A stretch of 61,057 nt of DNA, the filler included. It is 6 parts of 6 records of this genome, joined end to end, with 100 filler letters (N's around TTAATTAATTAA, not from the genome) between each part and the next. Parts side by side here need not be neighbours in the genome. Positions count along the whole stretch, not along the records: positions 1 to 20,513 come from SRR20825010_1166; positions 20,614 to 37,081 come from SRR20825010_1174; 4 more parts are not named here. One strand, written 5' to 3'. Position 1 is the stretch's first letter. The number at the start of each line of letters is the position of its first letter. The position numbers and the translations under genes are program-made. The notes beneath the pieces are model-generated. The model searched no databases. It had not been told where the DNA came from and was given only the letters and a program-made list of their open reading frames with translations. This document shows, in pieces, positions 20,220-30,696 of the stretch.

Positions 20220-20447
20220 TGCTCCTGATACAAAATCTGGCGCCATCTGAGCGCAGGACCTTTATGCCCGCGATCCGTTGCAGGATTATATCAGCTATGT
20301 GAAAATTAGATTTTTAGCGCCGAGCAGCTATGCAAATTTTGCATGACCGGGAACGTAAAAATGCCCAAATTCTGACGAGCGAACGCTTTATCGCACGTAT
20401 CAAATTGGCCGAAATGTCTGAGATTTGGGTTTTGCGAGAGTGCGAAC

Positions 20448-20513
20448 TGGCTGGGGCGGGAGGATTCGAACCTCCGCATGCCGATACCAAAAACCGGTGC
20501 CTTACCGCTTGGC
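20448..20513 (-). tRNA. tRNA-Gln(TTG), 5' end cut by the contig end
   Basis: Reverse complement GCCAAGCGGTAAGGCA-CCGGT-TTTTGGT-ATCGG-CATGCGGAGGTTCGAATCCTCCCGCCCCAGCCA; T-loop, TTG anticodon and CCA end. Confidence 0.93.
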
Positions 20514-20613
20514 NNNNNNNNNNNNNNNNNNNNNNNNNNNNNNNNNNNNNNNNNNNNTTAATTAATTAANNNNNNNNNNNNNNNNNNNNNNNNNNNNNNN
20601 NNNNNNNNNNNNN
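20514..20613. other. Artificial contig linker
   Basis: 44 N + TTAATTAATTAA (stops in all six frames) + 44 N. Confidence 0.98.
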
Positions 20614-21480
<867 letters not shown>

Positions 21481-21491
21481 GGCCTACGGCC

Positions 21492-21941
21492 TTATTCGAC
21501 GATGAGAAGAGGTTCGCCGAATTCGACAGGCATGCCGTCTTCAACGAGAATTTTCACCACGGTTCCGGCTTTCGTTGCCGGAATGTGGTTCATCGTTTTC
21601 ATCGCTTCGATGATCAACACAGTCTGGCCGACGCTCACTTTGGAGCCGACAGTCACGAAAGGTGCCGCGCCGGGTTCAGCCGCCATATAGGCGGTTCCAA
21701 CCATTGGCGAGCTCAATGCGCCGGGATGGGCCGCATCGCTGACAGCGGGGGCGGCCACAGGGGCAGCTGGTGCCGCTGCGGGAGCGGGTGCTGCTGCCAC
21801 GGGCACGGAAACCTGATTGACCTGGCGTGCAACGCGCAGCTTCAGGGCATCGGTTTCGATTTCGATTTCGCTCAGGTCGGTCTCTTTAAGGAGAGCCGCG
21901 AGTTGCCGGATCAAGTCCTGGTCTACGCCTGCTTTGCTCAT
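21492..21941 (-). CDS. accB: Biotin carboxyl carrier protein
   Basis: SPMVGT, EAMKTMN biotinylation motif, Ala/Pro linker; start ATG 21941 or GTG 22007. Confidence 0.95.
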   Translation of the reverse strand: MSKAGVDQDLIRQLAALLKETDLSEIEIETDALKLRVARQVNQVSVPVAAAPAPAAAPAAPVAAPAVSDAAHPGALSSPMVGTAYMAAEPGAAPFVTVGSKVSVGQTVLIIEAMKTMNHIPATKAGTVVKILVEDGMPVEFGEPLLIVE

Positions 21942-22023
21942 CTCGCTTGCTTTATTCCCTGATTTGGAGCTTCCGGTTTTGGCGGAAGGTTGGCGGGTTG
22001 AGGACACTTTGTCAGGTCCAGTT

Positions 22024-22545
22024 CTATTTGGATATGTCAGCAATAACGGCATCAAGTGCGAGTGTGTAGCCCTTGACGCCGAGGCCGCAGATCACGCCTG
22101 TGACCACGGATGACATATATGAGTAATGACGAAATTCTTCGCGCTTATGCACATTGGAGATATGCACTTCCACAGCCGGAACATCCAGCATGGCCAGCGC
22201 GTCGTGAATGGCGATGGATGTGTGCGAGTAGGCACCGGCATTGATGATGAGACCGGACGCCATGGAGCGGGCTTCCTGAATCCACGTCACCAGATCGCCT
22301 TCATGGTTGGATTGCAGGCACAGCACGCTCACGCCGCTGGCTTTGCCGTGGTCGGCTACCATCTTCTCGATATCTGATAGCGATGTGCTGCCATAAATTT
22401 CCGGTTCGCGCAGGCCCAGCAAATTAAGGTTGGGGCCGTTGAGAACATAGATCGGCTTATCGGTGATTTTGGCGCGCGACTTTGCTGCCCGTGGCATCTT
22501 CACCACCTTGGCTGTCTTGGTCGCTGTTGCCGCTTTTCTGGCCAT
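22024..22545 (-). CDS. aroQ: Type II 3-dehydroquinate dehydratase
   Basis: LNGPNLNLLGLREPEIYG, QSNHEG, INAGAYSHTS, EVHISNVHKREEFRH; canonical aroQ-accB-accC order. Confidence 0.96.
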   Translation of the reverse strand: MARKAATATKTAKVVKMPRAAKSRAKITDKPIYVLNGPNLNLLGLREPEIYGSTSLSDIEKMVADHGKASGVSVLCLQSNHEGDLVTWIQEARSMASGLIINAGAYSHTSIAIHDALAMLDVPAVEVHISNVHKREEFRHYSYMSSVVTGVICGLGVKGYTLALDAVIADISK

Positions 22546-22814
22546 ATCTCTGCCAAAACCCCGTAATTGCCGGTCAACCGGCTTATGGAACACGCCTCGA
22601 TTCGAGACGAACCTGTTATACGCAAGTCATAGAAGGGGCGAAAGGGCTTAACCATGCCGTTTTGTTCCTGTGTATTAGTGTATGGAACAAGGTCTAGTGC
22701 GCCGCTACGCAACTTCGTCGATCTGTTTGCCTCTCTCGGCTTGAATTGACAGGTCACCTCACCCATTATCCGCGCATATTCGCCTTTTATGGGCAGGACT
22801 TAGAGCAGTTTCCG

Positions 22815-23015
22815 ATGCAACTCACAGTAAATGGCGAAAGCCACGATGTTCCCGCGCCGATCAGCCTGCTTGGCCTGATCGAGCATTTCGGGCTGGAGCC
22901 ACGCAAAGTCGCGATCGAGCGTAATCTCGAGATCGTACCGCGCTCCACCTATGCGCAGATACAGCTCGGTGACGGTGACAGGCTGGAAATTGTTCATTTT
23001 GTCGGCGGCGGTTAG
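22815..23015 (+). CDS. thiS: Sulfur carrier protein ThiS
   Basis: 66 aa from ATG 22815; MQLTVNGE...VAIERN..EIVHFVGGG C-terminal GG. Confidence 0.95.
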   Translation: MQLTVNGESHDVPAPISLLGLIEHFGLEPRKVAIERNLEIVPRSTYAQIQLGDGDRLEIVHFVGGG

Positions 23016-23033
23016 GCCGCAGAAGTAGGAAAA

Positions 23034-23849
23034 GTGGTTGAGATGACGAAAGTCGAAACAGTGTCGTCAGGTGCATCATCCGACGACCAGTTCATGATTG
23101 CAGGCAAGGCCTATAACTCACGCCTGATCGTCGGCACCGGCAAATACAAGGATCTGGCCGAGAACGCCGCCGCGGTCGAAGCCGCAGGCGCGGAGATCGT
23201 CACTGTGGCCGTGCGTCGCGTGAATGTGACCAATCCGAAAGAGCCGATGCTGGTCGATTATATCGACCCCAAGAAAGTCATGTATCTGCCCAATACGGCA
23301 GGCTGCTACACCGCTGAGGAAGCTTTGCGCACATTGCGTCTGGCGCGCGAAGCTGGTGGCTGGAAGCTCGTGAAGCTCGAAGTGCTGGGTGACCAGAAGA
23401 CACTTTACCCCGATATGGTCGAAACCCTGCGTGCCGCAGAGACACTCCTCAAGGAGGGGTTCGACGTCATGGTCTATTGCTCGGATGATCCGATCATGGC
23501 CAAGCGTCTGGAAGATATGGGCTGCTGCGCAATCATGCCTCTGGCCGCCCCCATCGGTTCGGGCCTCGGCATCCAGAACCCCATCAATATCCGCCTCATC
23601 ATCGAACAGTCGAAAGTGCCGGTGCTGGTCGATGCCGGTGTCGGCACAGCGTCGGATGCCGCCATTGCCATGGAACTGGGCTGCGACGGTGTGTTGATGA
23701 ACACCGCCATTGCAGAAGCCAAACACCCGCTGCAAATGGCAAGAGCCATGAAACTCGCCGTCGAAGCGGGACGATTGGCCTATCTTGCTGGCCGCATGCA
23801 GAAGCGCCTTTACGCCGATCCTTCATCGCCGCTCGCCGGATTGATCTGA
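23034..23849 (+). CDS. thiG: Thiazole synthase
   Basis: [45 protein letters not shown]. Confidence 0.97.
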   Translation: MVEMTKVETVSSGASSDDQFMIAGKAYNSRLIVGTGKYKDLAENAAAVEAAGAEIVTVAVRRVNVTNPKEPMLVDYIDPKKVMYLPNTAGCYTAEEALRTLRLAREAGGWKLVKLEVLGDQKTLYPDMVETLRAAETLLKEGFDVMVYCSDDPIMAKRLEDMGCCAIMPLAAPIGSGLGIQNPINIRLIIEQSKVPVLVDAGVGTASDAAIAMELGCDGVLMNTAIAEAKHPLQMARAMKLAVEAGRLAYLAGRMQKRLYADPSSPLAGLI

Positions 23850-23885
23850 TCCAGACCGGCGCCGAGCGGGATAGGGGCAGCGCGG

Positions 23886-24635
23886 CTATTTCTGACGCGC
23901 TGCTTTCACGGCATCTTCCAGTTTCTCGGCGCTCAACGCACCGGGATAGGACTTGCCACCGATGATGAAAGACGGTGTGCCGGTAATATCAAGTGCGGCT
24001 GCCAGTTCTTCATTGCGGGTAATGATCTTCTCGATCTCTTTGTCAGCCATGTCGCGCCGCAGTTTTGCGGTGTCGATACCGATGCTCTTGGCCACAGACA
24101 TGATCTCGTCTTCGTCCAGCGAGCCTTTATGCTCGTAAAGTGCCTTATGCATCTCGAAATATTTGTTCTGCTTCTTGGCAGCCAGCGTTGCATGCGTCGC
24201 GATCACTGATGTTGGCCCGAGAATAGGAAGCTCCTTCAGGATCAGACGGATATTGCCGTCCTCCTGAACCGTATCCATAAGCGGGCCAAACGCGCGTTTG
24301 CAGAAGCCACAATTATAATCGAAGAATTCGACAATCGTGACATCGCCCTTCGGGTTGCCTGCAACAAACGAAGTCGGGTCGTTGAAGATCGCCTTGCTAT
24401 GGCTGGCAATGGCTTCATTGTGTTTCTGCTCTGCCGCAGCAGTCTGCTTGGCATCAAGCGCTGTCATCGCTTCGATCAGCACTTCCGGATTTTTCAGAAG
24501 ATAGTTGCGAATGACGGTTTCAATCTCCTTCGTCTCGCCTTTGCTGAACTCGGCTGCATAAGAGGGGGCGGCCGTGGCGCTCAATGCGAGTGAGCATGCC
24601 AAGCTGAAAACGAAAACACGAAACTTATTCAACAC
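23886..24635 (-). CDS. DsbA/Com1-like thiol-disulfide oxidoreductase
   Basis: YLLKNPEVL, EFFDYNCGFCK, GTPSF; signal peptide; GTG start overlaps the M48 stop. Confidence 0.9.
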   Translation of the reverse strand: MLNKFRVFVFSLACSLALSATAAPSYAAEFSKGETKEIETVIRNYLLKNPEVLIEAMTALDAKQTAAAEQKHNEAIASHSKAIFNDPTSFVAGNPKGDVTIVEFFDYNCGFCKRAFGPLMDTVQEDGNIRLILKELPILGPTSVIATHATLAAKKQNKYFEMHKALYEHKGSLDEDEIMSVAKSIGIDTAKLRRDMADKEIEKIITRNEELAAALDITGTPSFIIGGKSYPGALSAEKLEDAVKAARQK

Positions 24636-26014
24636 TATCTGCCGCCTTTGTCTTTGTTGCTGTTTGCAATCGCAATATCCTGAGCTTGTAGCCATTCCGG
24701 CGAGCCGGCTTTCAGCAGGGATTGCGCGCGCTCGGCATGTCCCTTCGCATCGCGTGATGCGCCCAGAGCCTCGTAATAGCGGGCCGTGGCCAGTTCCGCC
24801 ATACCAATATTGTTGAGCCGCCCATAGGCAATGGAAAGCTGGTAATAGCCAAACGGATTTTCACCATCGCCTTTCACTGCATTCTTCAAAAGCCCCAGCG
24901 CTTCAGTGGCATCGGCTTTTTGCTCAGTGGCCAGCAGCGAGCGTCCCAGCGCAAGCTGGATTTGCGGTTCTTTGGGGTCAAGCGCGAGCGCCTTGCGATA
25001 GCTTGGAATGGAGTCGGCGATTTTGCCATTCTCGAAATCGATCTGGCCTTTGAGTTCCCATAGATAAGGGTTCTTGGGGTCCTTCGTCAGAAGCGGCGCA
25101 AGTTCCGTATGCGCTTTGTCAGCGGTCCCGATTTTTTGGTAGGCGACCGCACGGGCATAATGGCCATAGTCGCTCTGATCTGATTCAGGATAGCGCCGCA
25201 ATGTGACTTGCAGTGAATCCACATAGCCGTTCAGCTTTGCCTGAACCATTTTGAATTCATGGATGCGCTCTGGTGAATCCGGCACATCATAATAAGGTGA
25301 TGCTTTCACGCGCTCGTCCAGAGAAGCCAGACGTTCTTCGGAAATCGGATGGCTGCGCACAAAAGGGTCTTGCGAGGTTGTGCTGAGCGCTTCCTGATCG
25401 CGGAATTTTTCAAACAAAAGCAACATGCCTTTGCCCGATTGCTTCGAGCGTTGAAGATAGGTCGCGCCTGCCTGGTCAGCTGCGCCTTCCTGCTGTCGCG
25501 TGTAAGAGAGGATCGAGCGCTGTGCCACTTGCGCACCACCAGCCAGAATGGCCATGCCCGCATCGCCCTGACCGGCGATCAGAGCACCGAGTCCTGCGAT
25601 CATCGACGCATAATAGGGAAGGGCGATATTGCTGAAAGCTTCGCTACCGCGTGACAGGTGTCCACCGGCCATATGACCGGTTTCATGCGCGATCACGCCT
25701 ATCAGCATCATCGGCTCGTCAGATTGCGTGATGAGGCCGGTATTGATGAACATGCGCTGGCCGCCCGCCACAAAGGCGTTGATATTCGGGTCCATCACCA
25801 GATGCACCTTCACGGCCTTCGGGTTGAGGCCTGCCGCCTGCCAGATAGGCACCGAGAAGTCGCGGATCATCTTTTCGGTTTCAGCGTCCCGAACGATGGA
25901 AATACCGGCAGCCTGCGCCACATTCATAGGGGCCAGCGCCAGCAAGGCACTCAATGTCGCAATTCCGGTCTTGCGCCCGGCACTGCGCCAGGCAACCGGC
26001 ATTCGAAAACTCAT
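24635..26014 (-). CDS. M48 metalloprotease with TPR (BepA/YfgC-like)
   Basis: INAFVAGG, AHETGH zinc motif, YTRQQEGAAD, SHP; C-terminal TPRs. Confidence 0.92.
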   Translation of the reverse strand: MSFRMPVAWRSAGRKTGIATLSALLALAPMNVAQAAGISIVRDAETEKMIRDFSVPIWQAAGLNPKAVKVHLVMDPNINAFVAGGQRMFINTGLITQSDEPMMLIGVIAHETGHMAGGHLSRGSEAFSNIALPYYASMIAGLGALIAGQGDAGMAILAGGAQVAQRSILSYTRQQEGAADQAGATYLQRSKQSGKGMLLLFEKFRDQEALSTTSQDPFVRSHPISEERLASLDERVKASPYYDVPDSPERIHEFKMVQAKLNGYVDSLQVTLRRYPESDQSDYGHYARAVAYQKIGTADKAHTELAPLLTKDPKNPYLWELKGQIDFENGKIADSIPSYRKALALDPKEPQIQLALGRSLLATEQKADATEALGLLKNAVKGDGENPFGYYQLSIAYGRLNNIGMAELATARYYEALGASRDAKGHAERAQSLLKAGSPEWLQAQDIAIANSNKDKGGR

Positions 26015-26308
26015 TCTCACGTCTTGCCTCACTCCCAATCACTTCAGGCCTGTTATCTGGCTGATTATCTGTAATAAGCGCCAGCCGGTCGGACCGGAAA
26101 ACGGTATGTGCGCCTCACTCGCGCGTCAATCAAACCTCTGCCATATTGCTCCCCACCAATACGCCTGTAGGCAGTGATTCCGGCGCAAATCGGCTCTTCG
26201 GTCAGGATAAACCGGAAATCAGGGCCGAAATGTGGAGGCCGGGCGCGTCACAAGAGCCGACATGGGATAAATTAGAGCCGAATGGCTATGGGGCGGTCCG
26301 GATAAGAT

Positions 26309-27784
26309 GTGTCCCTTTTGCAAGTGATCGGGAGAAGAATTTTGTACAACCGCCAATTTCAGAGCCAATTCCAGAAACGGTTCCGCTTGAAATCCGTTTA
26401 TCCAGCCATCGGCATGATCCTGGTGGCCCATTTGGCGGCCTGTTCCTCGTCGGATTCAAACACGATGCTGGGCGCCACGACGAGCGGCGGCCTTGAAACC
26501 AAATTCGAGCGCGAAAGCTATGGCGCCAAGAAGATGGACCTTCAGCCTTCAGACCTCTCATTTGCAGGTGCCGTGATCGCAGACGAGCCGACAGCGGCTC
26601 TCATCGCGCGCGCCACACTTGAAAAGGGCGGCAACGCCGCTGACGCAGCCACGGCGCTTTATTTTGCCTTATCGGTCACTTACCCCGCAGCGGCAGGTCT
26701 TGGTGGCGGTGGAGCCTGTCTGGTGCGCGATGCCGAGACAGGGGATGTCTCCTCGGTTTCTTTCTTGACCCGCAAGCCAATGTCCGGTGGTGCCTTCGGC
26801 GTACCGGGCAATGTGCGCGGCTTTGCCATTATTCAGGCTCGCTTCGGGTCCAAGCCTTGGGCGCAATTGGTTTCGCCTGCCGAGCGGCTGGCCGCGACAG
26901 GCATGCAGACTTCGCGCGCAACAGCACGCCAGCTTTCAGCCTCTCAAAACCTGACGCGTCAATTCGTAAAAGCCGACGGCACGACCTATGGCGAAGCTGA
27001 CTCCATGCGCCAGATCGAACTTGCCAGCACCTTGGCCCGCATCCGCGCCCGTGGTGTTGTCGGCTTCTATCAGGGCGACACCGCGCATCTTCTGGTCTCC
27101 GCATCAGACGATATGGACGGCGGCCTGACCACATCCGACCTGTCGCAATATCTCCCCAGCATTGTCGATGCCCCGAAGAAAACTGTTGGCGATTTGGACA
27201 TCTCCCTTCTTGATGCCACCACCAAGGCTGGCGCATTTTCAGAAAGCCTTTGGGCTGGTGTGCAGAATGCCTCCACTGCTTCAGCCGTCGAGGCAGCAGG
27301 CAATGCCGCCGCCGCCTCGGTCGGTGAAAGTGTGAGCGGCGATGATATGGGCGCAACATCCTTCGTCACCATTGACGGCAAGGGCGGTGCGGTCGCTTGC
27401 AGCCTGACCATGAACGGATCGTTCGGTACAGGCAAAGTTGCCACTGGCACAGGCATTGTCTTTGCTCCTTCGGCCGGCAGCGCGTCTGCTTTCCTCACGC
27501 CAGTCATTGTTGATCAGGCAAATGCAAAAGACGGTCTTTATGTCGCCGCCGCTGGCGCAGGCGCGCCTAAGGCGGGTGCATCCGCTCTCGCTGTTGTCGC
27601 TGCCGCTATGAGTGGTCAGGAAGGCGCGGGCGACAGGGCGCTTGCCGCCAGTCCTGCCAATGCCACATCACCGGCCAATGCCATTGTCTGCTCGGAAGGT
27701 CTGCCGCGCGGCACTTGCCGCCTGTCCCTCACACCGGACAGTGCAGGCGTGGGCGTGAGTGCGGTTTCCACCGGTTCCAGATAG
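26309..27784 (+). CDS. Gamma-glutamyltransferase-like lipoprotein, degenerate
   Basis: GGNAADAA, SVTYPAAAGLGGGG, VPGNVRG, FYQGD; LAAC lipobox; GATSFVTID in place of xTTHxSVVD; start uncertain. Confidence 0.8.
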   Translation: MSLLQVIGRRILYNRQFQSQFQKRFRLKSVYPAIGMILVAHLAACSSSDSNTMLGATTSGGLETKFERESYGAKKMDLQPSDLSFAGAVIADEPTAALIARATLEKGGNAADAATALYFALSVTYPAAAGLGGGGACLVRDAETGDVSSVSFLTRKPMSGGAFGVPGNVRGFAIIQARFGSKPWAQLVSPAERLAATGMQTSRATARQLSASQNLTRQFVKADGTTYGEADSMRQIELASTLARIRARGVVGFYQGDTAHLLVSASDDMDGGLTTSDLSQYLPSIVDAPKKTVGDLDISLLDATTKAGAFSESLWAGVQNASTASAVEAAGNAAAASVGESVSGDDMGATSFVTIDGKGGAVACSLTMNGSFGTGKVATGTGIVFAPSAGSASAFLTPVIVDQANAKDGLYVAAAGAGAPKAGASALAVVAAAMSGQEGAGDRALAASPANATSPANAIVCSEGLPRGTCRLSLTPDSAGVGVSAVSTGSR

Positions 27785-27811
27785 ACACGGCCAATCAATA
27801 AAGTTGCATAA

Positions 27812-28996
27812 ATGAAATCGCCTGAAATATCGCGTCGCAGCGGCGTGTCGCCATTCATCGCCATGGATGTCATGCGCGACGCGTTTGCCATGGAGCGTGA
27901 CAGCTCGCGCGAAAATTCCGTTATCCATCTGGAAGTCGGCCAGCCCTCCACGCCCGCGCCAAAGCTGGTCAGGGAAGCCGCTGCCCATGCGCTGGCGCAT
28001 GAGCGTTTGGGATATACCGACGCGCTGGGCCTGCCCAAATTGCGCGAGCGCATCGCGCGGCATTATCGCGAGCATTACAATATCGACCTGTCCGCAAACC
28101 GTGTCGTTGTCACGTCCGGCTCGTCAGGCGGTTTTGTTCTGGCCTTTCTCGCCTGCTTTGACCACGGTGCGCGCGTGGCCATCGCAGAGCCGGGCTATCC
28201 CGCCTATCGCAATATCCTCAAAGCTTTGGGTCTGGAACCTGTCGGCATTCCCGTGGGGCCGGAGAGCCGCTGGTGCATGACACCGGAACTCGTGGACGAG
28301 GCCGAGCGTCGCCACGGTCCGATTGCCGGTGTGCTTGAGGCAAGTCCGGCCAATCCCACCGGCACCATGCTCACGCCACAGGCGCTTGCAGCACTCACAG
28401 CATCATGCGCCGATAAAGGCCGCTGGTTCATCTCCGACGAGATTTATCACGGCATCACATTCGGTGTTGAAGAGACAACGGCACTTGCATCCTCGCCCGA
28501 TGCCGTCGTCGCCAACAGCTTCTCCAAATATTACAGCATGACAGGTTGGCGTCTGGGTTGGCTGGTCGTTCCCGACCGGCTGGTGCGCCCGATGGAATGC
28601 CTCGCTCAAAATATCTTCATCTCGCCGCCCGCACTGGCGCAGGAAGTCGCAATTGCTGCTTTTGACGCAAGCGACGAGCTTGACGCAAACGTGGCGGTCT
28701 ATGCCGCCAATCGTCAGCTTCTTCTCGACACCTTGCCGGACGCGGGCTTCGACAGTTTCGCGCCTGCCGATGGTGCATTCTATCTTTATGCCGATGTGAG
28801 CCGCTTGCTGGCAAAACGTGGCAATATCGATAGTGTTGAATTCTGCAAGCGTATGCTGCACGAAACAGGCGTCGCTGCCACACCGGGGTTGGATTTCGAC
28901 CCGTTGCGCGGCGCACAGACAGTGCGATTTTCATTCGCAGGCGCAACGGCCGACATGGCCGAGGCTGCGAAGCGTCTCAAAAATTGGTTGGTATAG
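27812..28996 (+). CDS. Class I/II PLP-dependent aminotransferase
   Basis: HLEVGQP, SPANPTG, SDEIYHG, NSFSKYYSMTGWRLGW. Confidence 0.93.
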   Translation: MKSPEISRRSGVSPFIAMDVMRDAFAMERDSSRENSVIHLEVGQPSTPAPKLVREAAAHALAHERLGYTDALGLPKLRERIARHYREHYNIDLSANRVVVTSGSSGGFVLAFLACFDHGARVAIAEPGYPAYRNILKALGLEPVGIPVGPESRWCMTPELVDEAERRHGPIAGVLEASPANPTGTMLTPQALAALTASCADKGRWFISDEIYHGITFGVEETTALASSPDAVVANSFSKYYSMTGWRLGWLVVPDRLVRPMECLAQNIFISPPALAQEVAIAAFDASDELDANVAVYAANRQLLLDTLPDAGFDSFAPADGAFYLYADVSRLLAKRGNIDSVEFCKRMLHETGVAATPGLDFDPLRGAQTVRFSFAGATADMAEAAKRLKNWLV

Positions 28997-29001
28997 ATCA
29001 G

Positions 29002-29436
29002 ATGGCTGTCAGCTCGGAACATATGGAATTTCTCTCCGACCAGTTGCGGCCCTTGGGGCCGGTGCGCATGAAGCGCATGTTCGGCGGCATGGGTCTTTAT
29101 CTCGACGAGATGATGTTCGGTGTCGTCTTCGGCGAAACCTTGTATTTCAAGGTCGATGATCGCAATCGCAGCGATTATGTGGACGAGGGCATGGAGCCCT
29201 TCACCTACGATATGAAGAACGGCAAAACCGGGGTGCTTTCATATTACGAAGTGCCGGAGCGGCTTTACGATGATGCCGACGAGTTGATCCTTTGGGCGCG
29301 CAAGGCGCTTGATGCCATGTTGCTCGTCCAGGCCGAAAAACGCGCAAAGGCCGCCCGCGTGGCCGAACGCAAAAAGAATGGTCCGCCCAAGAAAAAGACG
29401 GCCAAGAAGGCACTCAAGAAAAAAGCCGACGTATAA
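29002..29436 (+). CDS. TfoX/Sxy N-terminal-domain protein
   Basis: KRMFGGMGLY, LYFKVD, PFTY, SYYEVP, WARKA; Lys-rich tail. Confidence 0.88.
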   Translation: MAVSSEHMEFLSDQLRPLGPVRMKRMFGGMGLYLDEMMFGVVFGETLYFKVDDRNRSDYVDEGMEPFTYDMKNGKTGVLSYYEVPERLYDDADELILWARKALDAMLLVQAEKRAKAARVAERKKNGPPKKKTAKKALKKKADV

Positions 29437-29472
29437 AACGTCGGCTCTTAAATCTCGGCTCGCTCTTGGACC

Positions 29473-29871
29473 TCAGCCCTTTGGAGCCATCTGGGTCAGC
29501 ATCGCGCCCATCATCTGATGGAGCATGTTGATCGCCTTGAGCGGTCGCACCATCACCTTGAAGCTGTTGATCTGGCCCGCATCATTCCAGCCGATCATGT
29601 CGATCCCGTTGATCGAGATGCCGTCAAGTTCGGTTTCGAATTCCAGCACCGCAGAATTCTCGCCAAACCATTCGCCGACATAGCGGAACTGGTCATTGCC
29701 CAGCACCTGCATGGCCGCCGTCAGGTAGAGCGTCGTGATCGGCTTTCCCTTTTGCGGTGTGTGCACCACCGGCGATTGAAAGACGACATCGTCAGCCAGT
29801 AGCCGGTCCAGCATCTTCGGGTCGCGCTGTTTCATGGCCTTGTGCCAGTTTTCAATTGCCAGTGGCTGCAT
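29473..29871 (-). CDS. SnoaL-like / NTF2-family protein
   Basis: LLADDVVFQSPVVHTPQKGK, AVLEF, NGID, FKVMVRPLKA. Confidence 0.88.
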   Translation of the reverse strand: MQPLAIENWHKAMKQRDPKMLDRLLADDVVFQSPVVHTPQKGKPITTLYLTAAMQVLGNDQFRYVGEWFGENSAVLEFETELDGISINGIDMIGWNDAGQINSFKVMVRPLKAINMLHQMMGAMLTQMAPKG

Positions 29872-29873
29872 GT

Positions 29874-30668
29874 TTATTCTCCGCGGAATTTGGCCGGACG
29901 CTTTTCAAGGAAGGCACGCACGCCTTCTTTGAAGTCATCGCTATTGCCAGCTGTGCGCTGCAACTGGCGCTCAAGGTTAAGCTGCTCTTCGTATGTGTTG
30001 TCGGTGCTTTCCCAATAGAGCTGACGGATCAGGCTCAGCGAGACAGTCGGGCCGGAAGCAAGATCGTGGGCCAATGTCTTCACTTCGTCCAACAATTTGT
30101 CGTCTTCATAGACGCGGTTGACGAGACCCCACTGCAAAGCCGTTTCGGCGGGCAGCTTTTCGCCCAGCAGCGAAAGCTCCATCGCGCGGGCCTTGCCCAC
30201 AAGGCGCGGCAGGATCCAAGTCGAGCCACCATCCGGCACAAGGCCGATGCGGCGGAATGCCTGAAGGAAATAGGCCGACTTCGCGCAGATCACCAGATCG
30301 CCCATCATCGCAAAGCTCATGCCCACACCGGCGGCAGGACCGTTCACGGCTGTGACGAAAGGCATCTTCAGGTTGCGCAAGCGGCGCAGAAACGGGTGAT
30401 AGGAGGTTTCCAGAGCCAGACCGGCATCAGGACGACCCTTATTATCATTGCGGCCCTGCAGGTTTGCGCCCGTGCAGAAGCCACGGCCTTCGCCTGTCAT
30501 GACAAGGCAGCGAATGCCATTGGCCGGATCTTCCACATAATCCATCGCCTGCATCAGGCCGCCCAGCATCTCCATCGACACTGCATTCATCACTTCTGGG
30601 TGGTTGAGGGTCAGTGTTGCCACATCGCCATCCACATCCAGCTTCGCCCGTTCGAAATCCATAGTCAT
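29874..30668 (-). CDS. Enoyl-CoA hydratase/isomerase (PaaG-like)
   Basis: GRGFCTGANL, AVNGPAAGVG, IGLVPDGG, EGVRAFLEKR. Confidence 0.9.
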   Translation of the reverse strand: MTMDFERAKLDVDGDVATLTLNHPEVMNAVSMEMLGGLMQAMDYVEDPANGIRCLVMTGEGRGFCTGANLQGRNDNKGRPDAGLALETSYHPFLRRLRNLKMPFVTAVNGPAAGVGMSFAMMGDLVICAKSAYFLQAFRRIGLVPDGGSTWILPRLVGKARAMELSLLGEKLPAETALQWGLVNRVYEDDKLLDEVKTLAHDLASGPTVSLSLIRQLYWESTDNTYEEQLNLERQLQRTAGNSDDFKEGVRAFLEKRPAKFRGE

Positions 30669-30696
30669 TTCTCCCTGTATTTAGATTTTGATTTTG

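Noticed and set aside
20558-20569. Recurrent TTAATTAATTAA palindrome and ORFs ending in 'LIN' or X-runs
   Set aside because: This is an assembly linker with six-frame stops, not biology (not a CtrA site or a repeat family).
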